Shown: positions 40,337-50,167 of the stretch, piece by piece
Layout: each line of letters begins with the position of its first letter
Position numbering within the stretch: the first letter of the stretch is position 1
From: an uncultured Chloroflexia bacterium
GTDB taxonomy: Bacteria > Chloroflexota > Limnocylindria > Limnocylindrales > CSP1-4
Length of the DNA stretch: 64,000 nucleotides
Direction: 5' to 3'
NCBI GenBank assembly: GCA_963779375.1
Contig: CAVZXW010000020.1
Coordinates: forward strand, 38,762 to 102,761
Position numbers and translations under genes: made by a program
Notes under the pieces: generated by a model
The model's database searches: none
What the model was told of the DNA's origin: nothing
What the model saw: only the letters and a program-made list of their open reading frames with translations

Positions 40337-40737
40337 CGCCCGGGCATTCCGAGACCCAGGGACTCGCGGACACGTCCGTCTTCATCGCCCGCGAATCCGG
40401 CCGGTCGCTGCGTGTCGATGCCCTGCCGGATCGGCTCGCGGTCTCCGTGATCACGATCGGGGAGCTGCGCGCAGGGGTGCTCGCCGCCGGCGATGTGGCC
40501 ACGCGGGACCGACGCCTGGCGACGCTGACGGCTGCCCTCGCCCTCGATCCCATCCCGATCGACGAGCGAGTCGCCGACGCCTGGGCGCGGCTCCGGGTGA
40601 CGCTGCGGGAACTGGACCTGCGGATGCCGGTCAACGACTCGTGGATTGCCGCGACGGCACTCGCGCTCGGCGTCACCGTCGTGACGCAGGACGAGGACTA
40701 CGTGTCAATTCCGGGCCTGGAGGTGGTGCACGCATGA
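40333..40737 (+). CDS. vapC: PIN-domain ribonuclease toxin VapC
   Basis: Last 134 aa of ORF 39955..40737. LADTSVFIA...ITIGEL...NDSWIAATAL...VVTQDEDY carries the acidic PIN residues. The ATG overlaps the antitoxin stop (ATGA). Confidence 0.9.
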   Translation: MTPGHSETQGLADTSVFIARESGRSLRVDALPDRLAVSVITIGELRAGVLAAGDVATRDRRLATLTAALALDPIPIDERVADAWARLRVTLRELDLRMPVNDSWIAATALALGVTVVTQDEDYVSIPGLEVVHA

Positions 40738-40789
40738 CCGCTGCAGACGGCGGCCGGAGGATCACGTGGTAGACCTGCCCGGCCCTTCC

Positions 40790-42540
40790 ATGGGCCTCCA
40801 GCCGCCCATCCGGACCCTGGTGCGCGAGGCCGTCGAGCGGGCGTGGGCGCGCGCGGTCGCCTCTGGCGCGCTTCCTCCGCTCCCGGCCGTCGGTGAGGCG
40901 CCCGGGCCACCGGCAGCCCTGCCGGCCGTGCCCGGCGACCAGGCCGTGCCGGAGGTCGAGGTCTCCCGCCCCGACAACCCGGACCACGGCGACTTCGCCT
41001 CCAACCTGGCCCTGAAGCTGGCACGGCCCCTGCGCCGGAGCCCGCTCGCCATCGCGCAGGCCCTCGCGGACGAGCTCGGCCGGGACCCGGGGCCCGTCGT
41101 CGGCTCGGTGGAGGTCGCTCCGCCGGGCTTCCTGAACATGCGCCTCGCACCGGCCGCTGGTCGAGGCGGCCGTGGATGCCGCCCGGGCGGCGGGGCCCGC
41201 GTTCGGGCGCGTCGCGGCCGGGCACCCGCGCCACGTCAACGTCGAGTTCGTCTCGGCCAATCCCGACCGGCCCGCTGCACATCGGCAACGCCCGCGGCGC
41301 ATTCGTGGGCGATCTCCTCTGCCGCGTCCTCGAAGCGGCCGGCCAGCAGGTCACGCGCGAGTACTACTTCAACGACTTCGGCTCGCAGGTGCTCCAGCTC
41401 GGCGCATCCGTGCTCGCCATCCACCAGGGCCGCGACGTTCCCGAGGACGGCTACCGGGGCGACGTACGTGCACGACCTCGCGAGGGAGCTCCCCGACGAG
41501 ATCCGCGCCCGGGCGTCGAGGCGGCGGCCGGACCGGCTCCCGACGCGGCAGCCGCCGCCGATGCCGTCGTCGGCCAGTGGGCGTCCGAGCGGGTCCGGCC
41601 GGGCATCGAGGCCAGCCTGGCCCACCTCGGGGTCAGGTTCGACGTGTGGACCAGCGAAGGATCGCTCTACCGGGACGGCTGGGTCGAGCGGGCCGTCGAG
41701 CGGCTCGCGGCCGCCGGCTGGACGTACGAGCAGGACGGCGCGCTGTGGTTCCGTTCCACCGCCTTCGGCGACGACAAGGACCGCGTCGTCCGGCGCTCCA
41801 ACGGGCAGTTCACGTACTTCGGGTCGGACATCGGCTACCTGCTCGAGAAGTTCGACCGTGGCTTCGACCACCTCGTCTACATCTGGGGCGCGGACCACCA
41901 CGGCACGGTCGCGCGCGTGCGGAACGCCGCCGAGGCGATGGGCTTCGACCGGGCGGCGGTCGAGATGCTGCTGATCGCCTGGGTGCGGTTCGTCCGCGAC
42001 GGGCAGGAAGTCTCGATGTCCAAGCGCGCCGGCGAGTTCATCACCCTCGACGAGCTGCTCGACGAGATCGGCGTGGACGCCGCCCGCTGGTTCTTCGCGG
42101 CACGCGGCCACACCAGCGGGATCGACTTCGACATCGAGCTGGCGAAGCGGCAGTCGTCGGAGAACCCCGTCTACTACGTGCAGTACGCCCATGCCCGGAT
42201 CAGCTCCATCCTGCGGAAGGCGGGTGAGACGGGGCTGTCGCCCGCGGGGACGCTGGCGGGCGCCCTGGGAGACGATGCGATCGCGCTCGGTCTCGGGAAA
42301 CTCCTCCTGCGCCTTCCCGAGGTCGTCGAGGATGCAGCCGCTGCGCACGAGGTCCACGCGCTGACCGCGTACGCCACCGAGCTCGCGACCGCCTTCCACG
42401 CCTACTACCGGGACCGGCGCGTCATCGACACGGGAGACCCCGGGACGTCGGCTGCGCGGCTCGGCCTCGTGACCGCCGCTCGTCTCGCCCTGGCAAACAC
42501 GCTCGCGCTGCTGGGGATCTCCGCGCCGGACTCGATGTAG
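40790..42540 (+). pseudogene. argS: Arginine-tRNA ligase; at least 5 frame changes confined to ~41140-41520
   Basis: N-domain ...DHGDFASNLALKLA...PPGFLNMRL (ORF 40766), VDAARAAGPAFG...NVEFVSANP (ORF 41172) and TGPLHIGNARGAFVGD...FNDFGSQV (ORF 41176). YVHDLARELPDEIRA returns to the 40766 frame. An uninterrupted 1 kb then runs to the stop, including SMSKRAG. Confidence 0.9.
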
Positions 42541-42714
42541 GGTCGGTGGGCCGGTGCCGGACTCGATGATGGTCGGCCGCCTGCGCCCGGGTCGGCCGCA
42601 TGCGCCCAGTTGGCGGGCCGGGCATCTCGGCCCGGACTTGACCCGAGGGGCGCAGGGCCCGGTGGGCGGGCCGGCCCGCACGGCCCGGTCGGACGGGTCG
42701 AGGGTGCAGCCCGG

Positions 42715-44136
42715 TCAGCGACCCGTGGCCGACAGGATCCGGTCCAGCGTCGCCGGGTCCGAGGCGATCAGCAGGGTCACCGTTCGGCCCGAAACGCTCT
42801 CTCGATGCGCCGCGGCGGTTCCGGCGCCCGTTGCCCCGGCGAGCAGGTGGCCGGCGCTCGCGGCGACGGACCCCGCCGCGGCCGCCGTCGCCCAGGTCGA
42901 GCGCCACGCGATGGCCCATGCCCCCGCGGACCCGGTCCAGCTCGCGACCTGGTCGCCCTGCCAGCTCGAGGCGAGCTGCGTCGCCGCGGCCCCATCCATC
43001 GCCTGGGACAGCCACACCTGGAACGTGAGCTCGCCCATGGTGTCGAGGTAGGTGCGCGTCCAGCCCTTTCCGAGCGCCGTCCCCAGGTCCGGCGCCACGA
43101 CCGGAGTGGGCGTCCAGCCGGCCACGTACCGGTCCGGGTGCAGGATCTCCGCGGTCGAGGTCGGGGGACGGGTGTACGCGGCGTCGATGGCCGCCCAGCC
43201 GCCGGCCTGGTGCAGCGCGGTTGCGAACGTCAGCCCATCGAGGTACGGAAAGAGCAGCGTCCGTCCGATGAGTGGCGGCGTCCCGGCGGGCAGTACCGGC
43301 TGCAGTGACGCGACGAGCAGCTGGCCGATGTCGAGCAGATCGCCGAGGCCGATGTGCGCCTGCATCCACTGGCCGCTCAGCAGCGTGGCGTCGCCCTCGA
43401 TCAGCGCGTGGAGCGCGAGGACGCGGTCGGTCGGGAAGGACGCATCCATGCCCAGGCGCGCGAAATCGAAGTGCTGGTCCTGCAGGGCATGCGTGTATTC
43501 GTGGGCGATCGTGAAGCGTGCCGTGAGCCCGAAGTCGCCGACGCGGTTCACGATGGTCATGTCGTGGCCGGCGGGATCGTAGAGGCCCAGAACCTGCGAC
43601 GACAGGGTGGTGAGCTGCAGCGCGTACAGGTCGAGGCCCGGCTGCGCGAGCCCGACGCGGACGAGGAGGTCCTGTTCGGCGGACATGGCCGCCAGGGTGG
43701 CCGGCGTGTCGAGCTGCTGCTCCAGCTGTCCACGCAGCTGGCCGGCGTCGATGATCCGGGTCGGAACGTGTGCGAGCGGCTGGAGCTGGCGCAGCGGCGG
43801 CACCTGGGCCTCCACCGCCGCCACCTCGGCCTGCAGGTCGCGCGACGGCGAGGGCGTCGCGGCGGCCGAGCCAGGCGCGGAGCGAGCCGACGTCGTCGAC
43901 GTGGCAGCGTGCGTGGCTCCGGCTGACGGCACGACCGGGATGGGCCCGAGGCCTGCCCGGATGCTGTAGCCCGCCGCGGCGACCGCGACGAGGACGAGCG
44001 CGACGGCGAGCGCGATCGACCTGGGCCGGCGCCGCTTTCCGCGCTCGCCGGGGCTGGGGAGTCCCGGGCCCGCGTCGAGCGGCCGACCCGGCGGGTCCGG
44101 AGCTCGGCTGGTGCGCGGCTCGCTCATGTCCGACAT
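42715..44136 (-). CDS. Membrane-anchored HExxH zinc-metalloprotease-like protein
   Basis: ORF 42715..44271 trimmed to ATG 44136. One TM (IALAVALVLVAVAAAG) and motif TIAHEYTHALQDQ. The 1.4 kb is intact. Confidence 0.75.
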   Translation of the reverse strand: MSDMSEPRTSRAPDPPGRPLDAGPGLPSPGERGKRRRPRSIALAVALVLVAVAAAGYSIRAGLGPIPVVPSAGATHAATSTTSARSAPGSAAATPSPSRDLQAEVAAVEAQVPPLRQLQPLAHVPTRIIDAGQLRGQLEQQLDTPATLAAMSAEQDLLVRVGLAQPGLDLYALQLTTLSSQVLGLYDPAGHDMTIVNRVGDFGLTARFTIAHEYTHALQDQHFDFARLGMDASFPTDRVLALHALIEGDATLLSGQWMQAHIGLGDLLDIGQLLVASLQPVLPAGTPPLIGRTLLFPYLDGLTFATALHQAGGWAAIDAAYTRPPTSTAEILHPDRYVAGWTPTPVVAPDLGTALGKGWTRTYLDTMGELTFQVWLSQAMDGAAATQLASSWQGDQVASWTGSAGAWAIAWRSTWATAAAAGSVAASAGHLLAGATGAGTAAAHRESVSGRTVTLLIASDPATLDRILSATGR

Positions 44137-44299
44137 TGTGGCAGCGCGCGGGGCCGGCGGAACGTCCCGACTGGGGGATGCGCGGGCCGCGGCCAGGCCA
44201 CAGTGGGGCCACCGCAACGCCCCGGCTCGGGGAGGCCCGGCCGCCGCACGTCCGCGGCAGCGGGCTGCCACGGGTCGTGCGGCGCGAGGATGTCGGACG

Positions 44300-44461
44300 C
44301 GCGATACGTGCGTTGCGCTTCCTTAACCATCACCCGGCTTTCACCTTCACGCGACATCTCTACCGTATGTCCAACGGAACCGAGAAGCCTCCCTTCCAGT
44401 TCCTACCTCCCTCCCTCCGAACGAGGGCGCCGATTGGGCAGGCGCCCTCGTTCCCTTTTCT
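44300..44461 (+). ncRNA. Candidate small RNA or 5' attenuator: lower-GC tract with a CU-rich run ending in an intrinsic terminator
   Basis: No credible ORF. The tract ...gagaagcctcccttccagttcctacctccctccctcc is followed by the hairpin at 44419-44461. The 5' end is unknown. Confidence 0.25.
44419..44461 (+). terminator. Rho-independent terminator (13-bp perfect stem, 9-nt loop, CCTTTTCT tail)
   Basis: gaacgagggcgcc gattgggca ggcgccctcgttc ccttttct. Only the plus strand has the T-run. It ends 16 nt before the ATG at 44477. Confidence 0.65.
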
Positions 44462-44476
44462 GGGACAATTCCCCCG

Positions 44477-45154
44477 ATGGAGATCACCTGGTACGGCAAC
44501 GCCTGCGTTCGCATGCGCGGGAAGGAGGGGACGGTCGTCGCCGACGCGTTCCCGTCGATCGTGGGACCCTCGGGGCGCGGGCTCACCGCCGACCTCGTGA
44601 CCTACTCGCACCCGGAGCCGGTCGCCGTGGCGGCGGGCCGTACGAACGGACGGAAACCCGGGGCGGACGAGCCCGTGCCGACCAGCCTGCAGCCGGCCTT
44701 CCGGCTCGAGGGGCCCGGCGAGTACGAGATCCACGACGTCCTCGTGACCGGCGTCCGCACGGCGCGCGACGACGCGCGCGGCGCGGAGCGCGGACTCAAT
44801 ACCGCCTTCGTCGTACAGCTCGACGGCCTGCACGCGGTCCACCTGGGCGACCTCGGGCACCTCCTCACCGAGGAGCAGCTCAAGGAGATCGGTCCCGTGG
44901 ACGTCGCCTGCGTGCCGCTTGGCGGGCACCTGTCCGCCTCGAAGGCCGCCGAGGTCATCGCGCAGCTCGAGGTGACGCTCGTGGTGCCGCTGCTCGTCGC
45001 CGAGGCCGAGGCGGACTCCGAGTCGGCGTTGGCGAAGTTCCTGCACGAGATGGGCGCCAAGGACCTGACTCCCCAGCCCAAGCTGGTTGTCACCATCTCG
45101 TCGGTGCCGCAGGAGACCACGGTCGCGCTGCTCGAATCCCGGGCCCGCGTCTAG
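44477..45154 (+). CDS. MBL-fold metal-dependent hydrolase (UPF0173-like)
   Basis: Intact 225-aa ORF: MEITWYGNACVRMRG..., HLGDLGH, ACVPLGG. Confidence 0.75.
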   Translation: MEITWYGNACVRMRGKEGTVVADAFPSIVGPSGRGLTADLVTYSHPEPVAVAAGRTNGRKPGADEPVPTSLQPAFRLEGPGEYEIHDVLVTGVRTARDDARGAERGLNTAFVVQLDGLHAVHLGDLGHLLTEEQLKEIGPVDVACVPLGGHLSASKAAEVIAQLEVTLVVPLLVAEAEADSESALAKFLHEMGAKDLTPQPKLVVTISSVPQETTVALLESRARV

Positions 45155-45295
45155 GCCTCGACCCGCAGGCGAGTCCGCCGGCCGGCGCCGCCACCCTGCC
45201 GCTGCAACCAGCCCGTCGCCGGCACTGCGTGGCCCCGCCTGCGCCTTGCGCGCCCACCCGGCCTTGGCGCCGCCCACCCGCGGGTCAACGCCTGC

Positions 45296-45506
45296 CTTTC
45301 CTGCAGATCGTTTCGGAAGGGAAACGTATGTCGAGTCGGATGCCCGACTCGACGGATTGGCCGGTCGGTCGAGGGCTCTGGCCCTGGCGCCGACGCGCGC
45401 CCGAGCACGGACACGCCGCTCCGAGGCGCTCGAGGCTCCGGGGCAAAGGCGGCGGTGCGCCTCCATCCGACATACGTCTCCGCAGGAGCGCGAAATTGCA
45501 GGAAAG
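45296..45506. repeat. ~210-bp inverted-repeat element, copy B
   Basis: Left ctttcctgcagatcgtttcggaagggaaacgtatgtcgagtcggatg. Right (rc) ctttcctgcaatttcgcgctcctgcggagacgtatgtcggatg. Internal 10-bp hairpin gtcgagtcgg-atgc-ccgactcgac. It lies between the convergent MBL gene and hutI. Confidence 0.6.
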
Positions 45507-45618
45507 CCCTGCGGCCCGTCCCCTACTCGGCGCCGGCCTGCGCCTGCCACTGCTCCCGCGCCGCCCCCGCCATTCTCCGCGCCGGGCGGCGCCTGCCACG
45601 CGCCGGACACCACCTCGC

Positions 45619-46950
45619 TCAGTCGAGCGGAACGACCCGGCCCCGCTTGACCACCCCGCGCACGAGGCCCGCGCCCAACCAGTAGGGGATCTGTGCGAGC
45701 GTCGGGACGCCCCACGCGACCAGGTCGGCCTGGCGGCCGGGCTCGATCGACCCGTGGGACTCGCCCAGCCGAAGGGCATGCGCGGCGTTCACGGTCACCG
45801 CGGCGAGCGCCTCGGCCGGCGCGAGGCCCATCCGCAGGACCGCCAGCGACAGGACCAGCTGCAGGTTCGGCGCCGGCGACGTGCCCGGATTGAAGTCGGT
45901 CCCGAGCGCGAGCGGCACGCCACGGTCGATCAGCTCGCGCGCAGGCCCGTACTCCTCGCCCTTCAGGAAGAGGCTCGTGGCCGGGAGCAGCGTCGCGATC
46001 ACGGGAGAGGCCGTGTCGGCGGCCCGGGCGAGCGCGTCGATGCCGGCAGCCGAGGGCACGCCGAGGTGGTCGGCCGCAGCGGCGCCCAGCTCGACTGCCA
46101 GCTCCGCGCCCCCGGACGGCCGCAGCTCGTCGGCGTGCAGGCGCGGCACGAGGCCCAGCCTGGCGCCCGCCTGGAGCACCCGCCGGGACTGGTCCGGCGT
46201 GAAGACGCCGTCCTCGCAGAAGACGTCGCAGAAGCGCGCGATCCCCTGCGCCGCCACCGCCGGCAGCTGCACGTCGACGACGTCCTGCACGTACGCATCC
46301 GCGGCGTCCGGTCGGCCGCGGAACTCGGGCGCCACGGCGTGCGCGCCCAGGAAGGTGGGCACCAGCTCGACCGGCCCCTCGCCGTCCAGCCGGCCGATCG
46401 CCTCGAGTTGGCGCAGCTCGGCGTCGCGCTCGAGGCCGTACCCGGACTTCGCCTCGACAGTGGTCGCGCCGTGCCGGAGCATCTCCCGGAGCCAGTGGCG
46501 GCCATGCGCCGCCAGCTCGTCGACGCTCGCCGCGCGGGTCGCGGCCACGGTGGAGAGGATCCCCCCGCCCGCCGCGAGGATCTCCAGGTATGTCGCCCCG
46601 CGGCGACGCAGCTCGATCTCGCTCTCGCGGCTGCCGGCGAACACGAGGTGCGTGTGCGGGTCGATCAGCCCCGGCGTCAGCGTTCCACCGCCCACGTCGA
46701 TGCGGTCGAACCTCGTCTCGTCGCCGGCGTCCAGCCCGTCGGCAGCAAGCCGGCGCCCGACGTCCTCCCAGCGCCCCGCGGCGAGGAAGCGCCCCTCCCA
46801 GCACGCCACGGCGAGCGATGCGTCGTCCGCGGTCAGCGTTGCCGCGTCCGCCTGGCTCGTGCCGCGCCGCAGCCCCCCGGCCATCGTGACGATCTCGCGA
46901 GCTCCGACGACCAGCAGGCCGGGGAGATCGGGCACCCCAGCAGCCGTCAT
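45619..46950 (-). CDS. hutI: Imidazolonepropionase
   Basis: ORF 45619..47130 trimmed to ATG 46950. GLIDPHTHLVFAG, EAKSGYGL, LHADEL, DHL, GTDFNPG. Confidence 0.92.
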   Translation of the reverse strand: MTAAGVPDLPGLLVVGAREIVTMAGGLRRGTSQADAATLTADDASLAVACWEGRFLAAGRWEDVGRRLAADGLDAGDETRFDRIDVGGGTLTPGLIDPHTHLVFAGSRESEIELRRRGATYLEILAAGGGILSTVAATRAASVDELAAHGRHWLREMLRHGATTVEAKSGYGLERDAELRQLEAIGRLDGEGPVELVPTFLGAHAVAPEFRGRPDAADAYVQDVVDVQLPAVAAQGIARFCDVFCEDGVFTPDQSRRVLQAGARLGLVPRLHADELRPSGGAELAVELGAAAADHLGVPSAAGIDALARAADTASPVIATLLPATSLFLKGEEYGPARELIDRGVPLALGTDFNPGTSPAPNLQLVLSLAVLRMGLAPAEALAAVTVNAAHALRLGESHGSIEPGRQADLVAWGVPTLAQIPYWLGAGLVRGVVKRGRVVPLD

Positions 46951-46969
46951 CGATCGACGCCCGGAGCGG

Positions 46970-48086
46970 TCATCGATCGGAGCCCGGCCCCGTTCCCTCC
47001 GCCAGCGCGTCGCCCGGGCGAGCGGCAGGCCCGTCCGCGCGGGGCAGGCCGGTGGAGACCGGCGGATCCCCGGGCCCTGCCAGGCCCCCCTCGCCGTCCT
47101 CCCGCACGCGGGAGTCCGCCGCCGGTTCACCGCGCGCGGCCGCCAGGCGCAGCTCGAGGGCCATCGTCGGGTCGAAATCGCGCATCCGGAGCCAGTCAGC
47201 GGCGATGCGCAGCCGCTCCTCCACGGGCAGGTCCGCCGGGGCGCCCGCGTGGTCCGCGACGTCCGTGAACGCGTGGAGCGGCATCAGGCCGATCAGCTCC
47301 GACTCGCGCACCGCCACGCCCTCGGCCCCCGCGAGGCGCACCACGTCCTCCCAGACGCGCCAGAGCGGCGTGACCGTGAAGTCGAGCAGGTTCATGGAGA
47401 CCTGCGCGCAGTCGAGGTCCTCGAGGTAGAAGCCCTTGGCCTGGACCCGCGGCAGCCCTCCGCCGCGCTCCCGGATCTGCGCCGCGATCCGCTTGGCCAG
47501 CCCGACGTCGGGCGATTCGAGGTTGATGTTGTAGGCGATGAGGAAGGGCCGGGCTCCGACGACGGTCGCGCCACCGGTGGGGTGCATGCGCGCCGGGCCA
47601 GCGTCCGGCTCGTGGCCGGGGGTGCCGAGCAGATCCTTCAGCCCCTCGTACTCGGGGCGGCGGATGTCGGCCAGGACTTGGTACTCGGGACGGGTGGCTG
47701 CGAGTGCGTAGAAGAAGACGGGCAGCTCGAAACGCGCCGCGATGCGCTCCCCGAACGACCGTGCCAGCGCCACGCGTCTCGTCCATGGTGGTATCGCCGA
47801 GAGGCACGAAGGGGATGACATCCACGGCGCCCATGCGCGGGTGCTGGCCGGCGTGGTGCTCCATGTCGATGCGGCGGAGGGCGAACCCGACGGCAGCCTC
47901 CATGGCGTCGGTCACGGGCTGTGGCTCGCCGGCGAAGGTGAGCACGGAACGGTTGTGGTCGGGGTCCTGCGTGCGGTCGAGCAGGAAGACGCCGGGCACG
48001 GAGGAGACGACACGGGCGAGCTCGTCGACGACGTCCTGCCGCCGGCCTTCGCTGAAGTTGGGCACACACTCGACGAGCCTGGCCAC
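46970..48086 (-). pseudogene. Glutamate formimidoyltransferase (FtcD N-terminal domain type); one +1 frameshift near 47775
   Basis: VARLVECVPNFSEGRR...MGAVDVIPFVPLGDTTMDE (ORF 47196..48257) joins VALARSFGERIAARFELPVFFY...GARPFLIAYNINL (ORF 46970..47821). Confidence 0.88.
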
Positions 48087-48310
48087 GCGATCCTCCGGTT
48101 GGCGGGCTCCGGTGTCGCGTCCGGGTCGCGTCGCGGCCGTTCGGGAGGCAGCTTCGCGCGGGCGGCAGCTGCACCGCGGCCGGATCGACCGCTCGTCCGC
48201 GAGTCGCCGGTTGTGCGGGCAGTGTAGCGCCGCGCGATGGGTCGGAGGGCGGCTCACAGCCCGCCGCGCGAGCGACGAATCGAGCCGTGAGTCAGAACTC
48301 GCGCCGCGAG

Positions 48311-49283
48311 TCAGAACTCGCGCCGCATCACCGGGAAGCGCTCATCCCGAACGACCATGGCGAACCCGGCGCGCTCCCAGAACGCGGGGAAGGCCGTGCT
48401 CGTCGCGTCCGCGGCCGCTGCCCGCCTCCGGATACGTCTCGACGGCCGCGAAGCCCCGTCGCGCCAGTTCGTCGCAGACGTCCCGGACGAGCGTCAGCGC
48501 GTGCCCCTGCCGGCGCGCGTCGGCCGTCGTCGCGATGCACGTGATGACGGCGGGAAGGGGCGAGGCGGGCAGCTGCGGGTACAGGTCGCGGAGCCGGAGC
48601 GCCCGTGGGTACGCGGACAGGGGCCCGAACTGGCAGTACGCGACGGCACGGCCGCCGACGACGAGCACGCGTGCGTAACTGCCGAACACGCCGGCTCCGC
48701 GCATGAGCAGCCCGAGCTTGCGGGGCGATCCGGGCTCGGGCCGGTCCGGGCGACGTGGTGGGGGCGCGAAGGGGTTGTCGGCGATCGGGGCGAACAGGTC
48801 GGGCTCCCTCGCGGGAGCGAATGGATCGACGCGCTCGCCCGATGCGTCCCGCTCGAACGGATCCAGGCCATCCGCCGGCCGGTCCGTCTCGCCGGCGAGT
48901 GGGTCGGGCCGGTTGCGGGCACCAGATCCGGTGGCAAACGGGTTGAAAGCGGGCTCCCGCCGTGATGCCTCCTCGAGGAAGAGGTTCACGATGGCGCGCG
49001 TGTCGCGCCCGGCGGGGCCGGCCGGGGCCGATCCTGGGCCGGGGCCGTCGGCGCGAGGACGCAGCCACGACTCCCGCCTGGCCTTGCTGCCCGCGACCGC
49101 GTCCTCCCAGTAGTCGCACGACCGGTGGTCGAACGAAGGATCCGCGCACGGAGGCACGAGGCCGAAGGCGTCCTGTCCCGTCACGTCGACGATCCTGCTC
49201 TCGCCCATGTCGTCGAGTGTACCGAGGGGCTCGCGCGGGATGTGGGCCGGACGACGGCGTTGAGCGTCCGACGTGTCGCCCAT
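48311..49283 (-). pseudogene. GNAT-family N-acetyltransferase-like protein with a long disordered insert; frameshift near 48385
   Basis: ORF 48342..49283 ends ...ARRQGHALTLVRDVCDELARRGFAAVETYPEAG. The alternate frame continues FPAFWERAGFAMVVRDERFPVMRREF to a stop at 48311. A 19-nt tandem duplication covers the stop region. Confidence 0.6.
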
Positions 49284-49383
49284 CCGCGCGTGGCGTCCGC
49301 GGCGTGCCGGCCGAGCGACCGAAACAGGCGCGGGCAGCCGGTCCGGGCCTCCGCAGGGCCGCCGCTGCTAGACTCCGGCCCGC

Positions 49384-50039
49384 ATGCTTGGCTTCATCGA
49401 CCAGATCGTCATCCCCTTCCTTTCCCACCTCTACGGCGCCGTCGGGTACCTTGGCGTGGGCCTCGCGATGGCCATCGAATCCGCGATGATCCCGCTCCCC
49501 TCGGAGCTGGTCCTGCCCTTCGCCGGCTTCCTCGTGTCCGACCCGTCCCAGGTCGAACCGCTCACGCACGGGCCGTGGTCGTTCTGGCTCGTGGTCCTGG
49601 TCGCCGTCGCCGGCAACACCGTCGGCTCGCTGATCGGGTACGGATCGGGGCATGGGGCGGCCGCCCGTTCCTCGTGCGCTACGGCCGGTACCTGCTCATC
49701 CGGCAGGACGAGATCGACCTCGCGGACCGTTTCTTCGCCCGCTGGGGTCCGCAGACGGCGTTCTTCAGCCGGCTGCTGCCGATCGTCCGGACCTTCATCA
49801 GCTTCCCCGCCGGCGTGACCCGCATGCCGCTGGGCCGCTTCATCCTGTATTCGACGCTCGGAGCGATCCCCTGGACCGTGCTGCTCGTCTACGTGGGCAC
49901 GGTCCTCGGGGCGAACTGGGTGGATGTCCGCCACGCCCTGAGCCCGTTCGACACGGCGATCGCGGTCCTCTGCGTCGCGGCGGTGGCGCTCTTCATCGCC
50001 TGGCGGGTGGGACTCGTCGCGCGGTTGCGCCGCGCCTGA
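49384..50039 (+). pseudogene. DedA-family membrane protein; one -1 frameshift near 49650
   Basis: MLGFIDQIVIPFLSHLYG...NTVGSLIGYG (ORF 49384) joins IGAWGGRPFLVRYGRYLLI...FFSRLLPIVRTFISFPAGV (tail of ORF 49125..50039). Confidence 0.85.
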
Positions 50040-50167
50040 CCGGAGCCGGCCGCGGGTCGATGGCACGCCGGCCTCCCGGCGTCGAAGGTCGCGTGGCCGG
50101 CGAAACGTCACGCGGCCGGCGATGAACGACGGCCGGTCGCGGCCGGGCGGGCGGCACCCGGCCCGGT

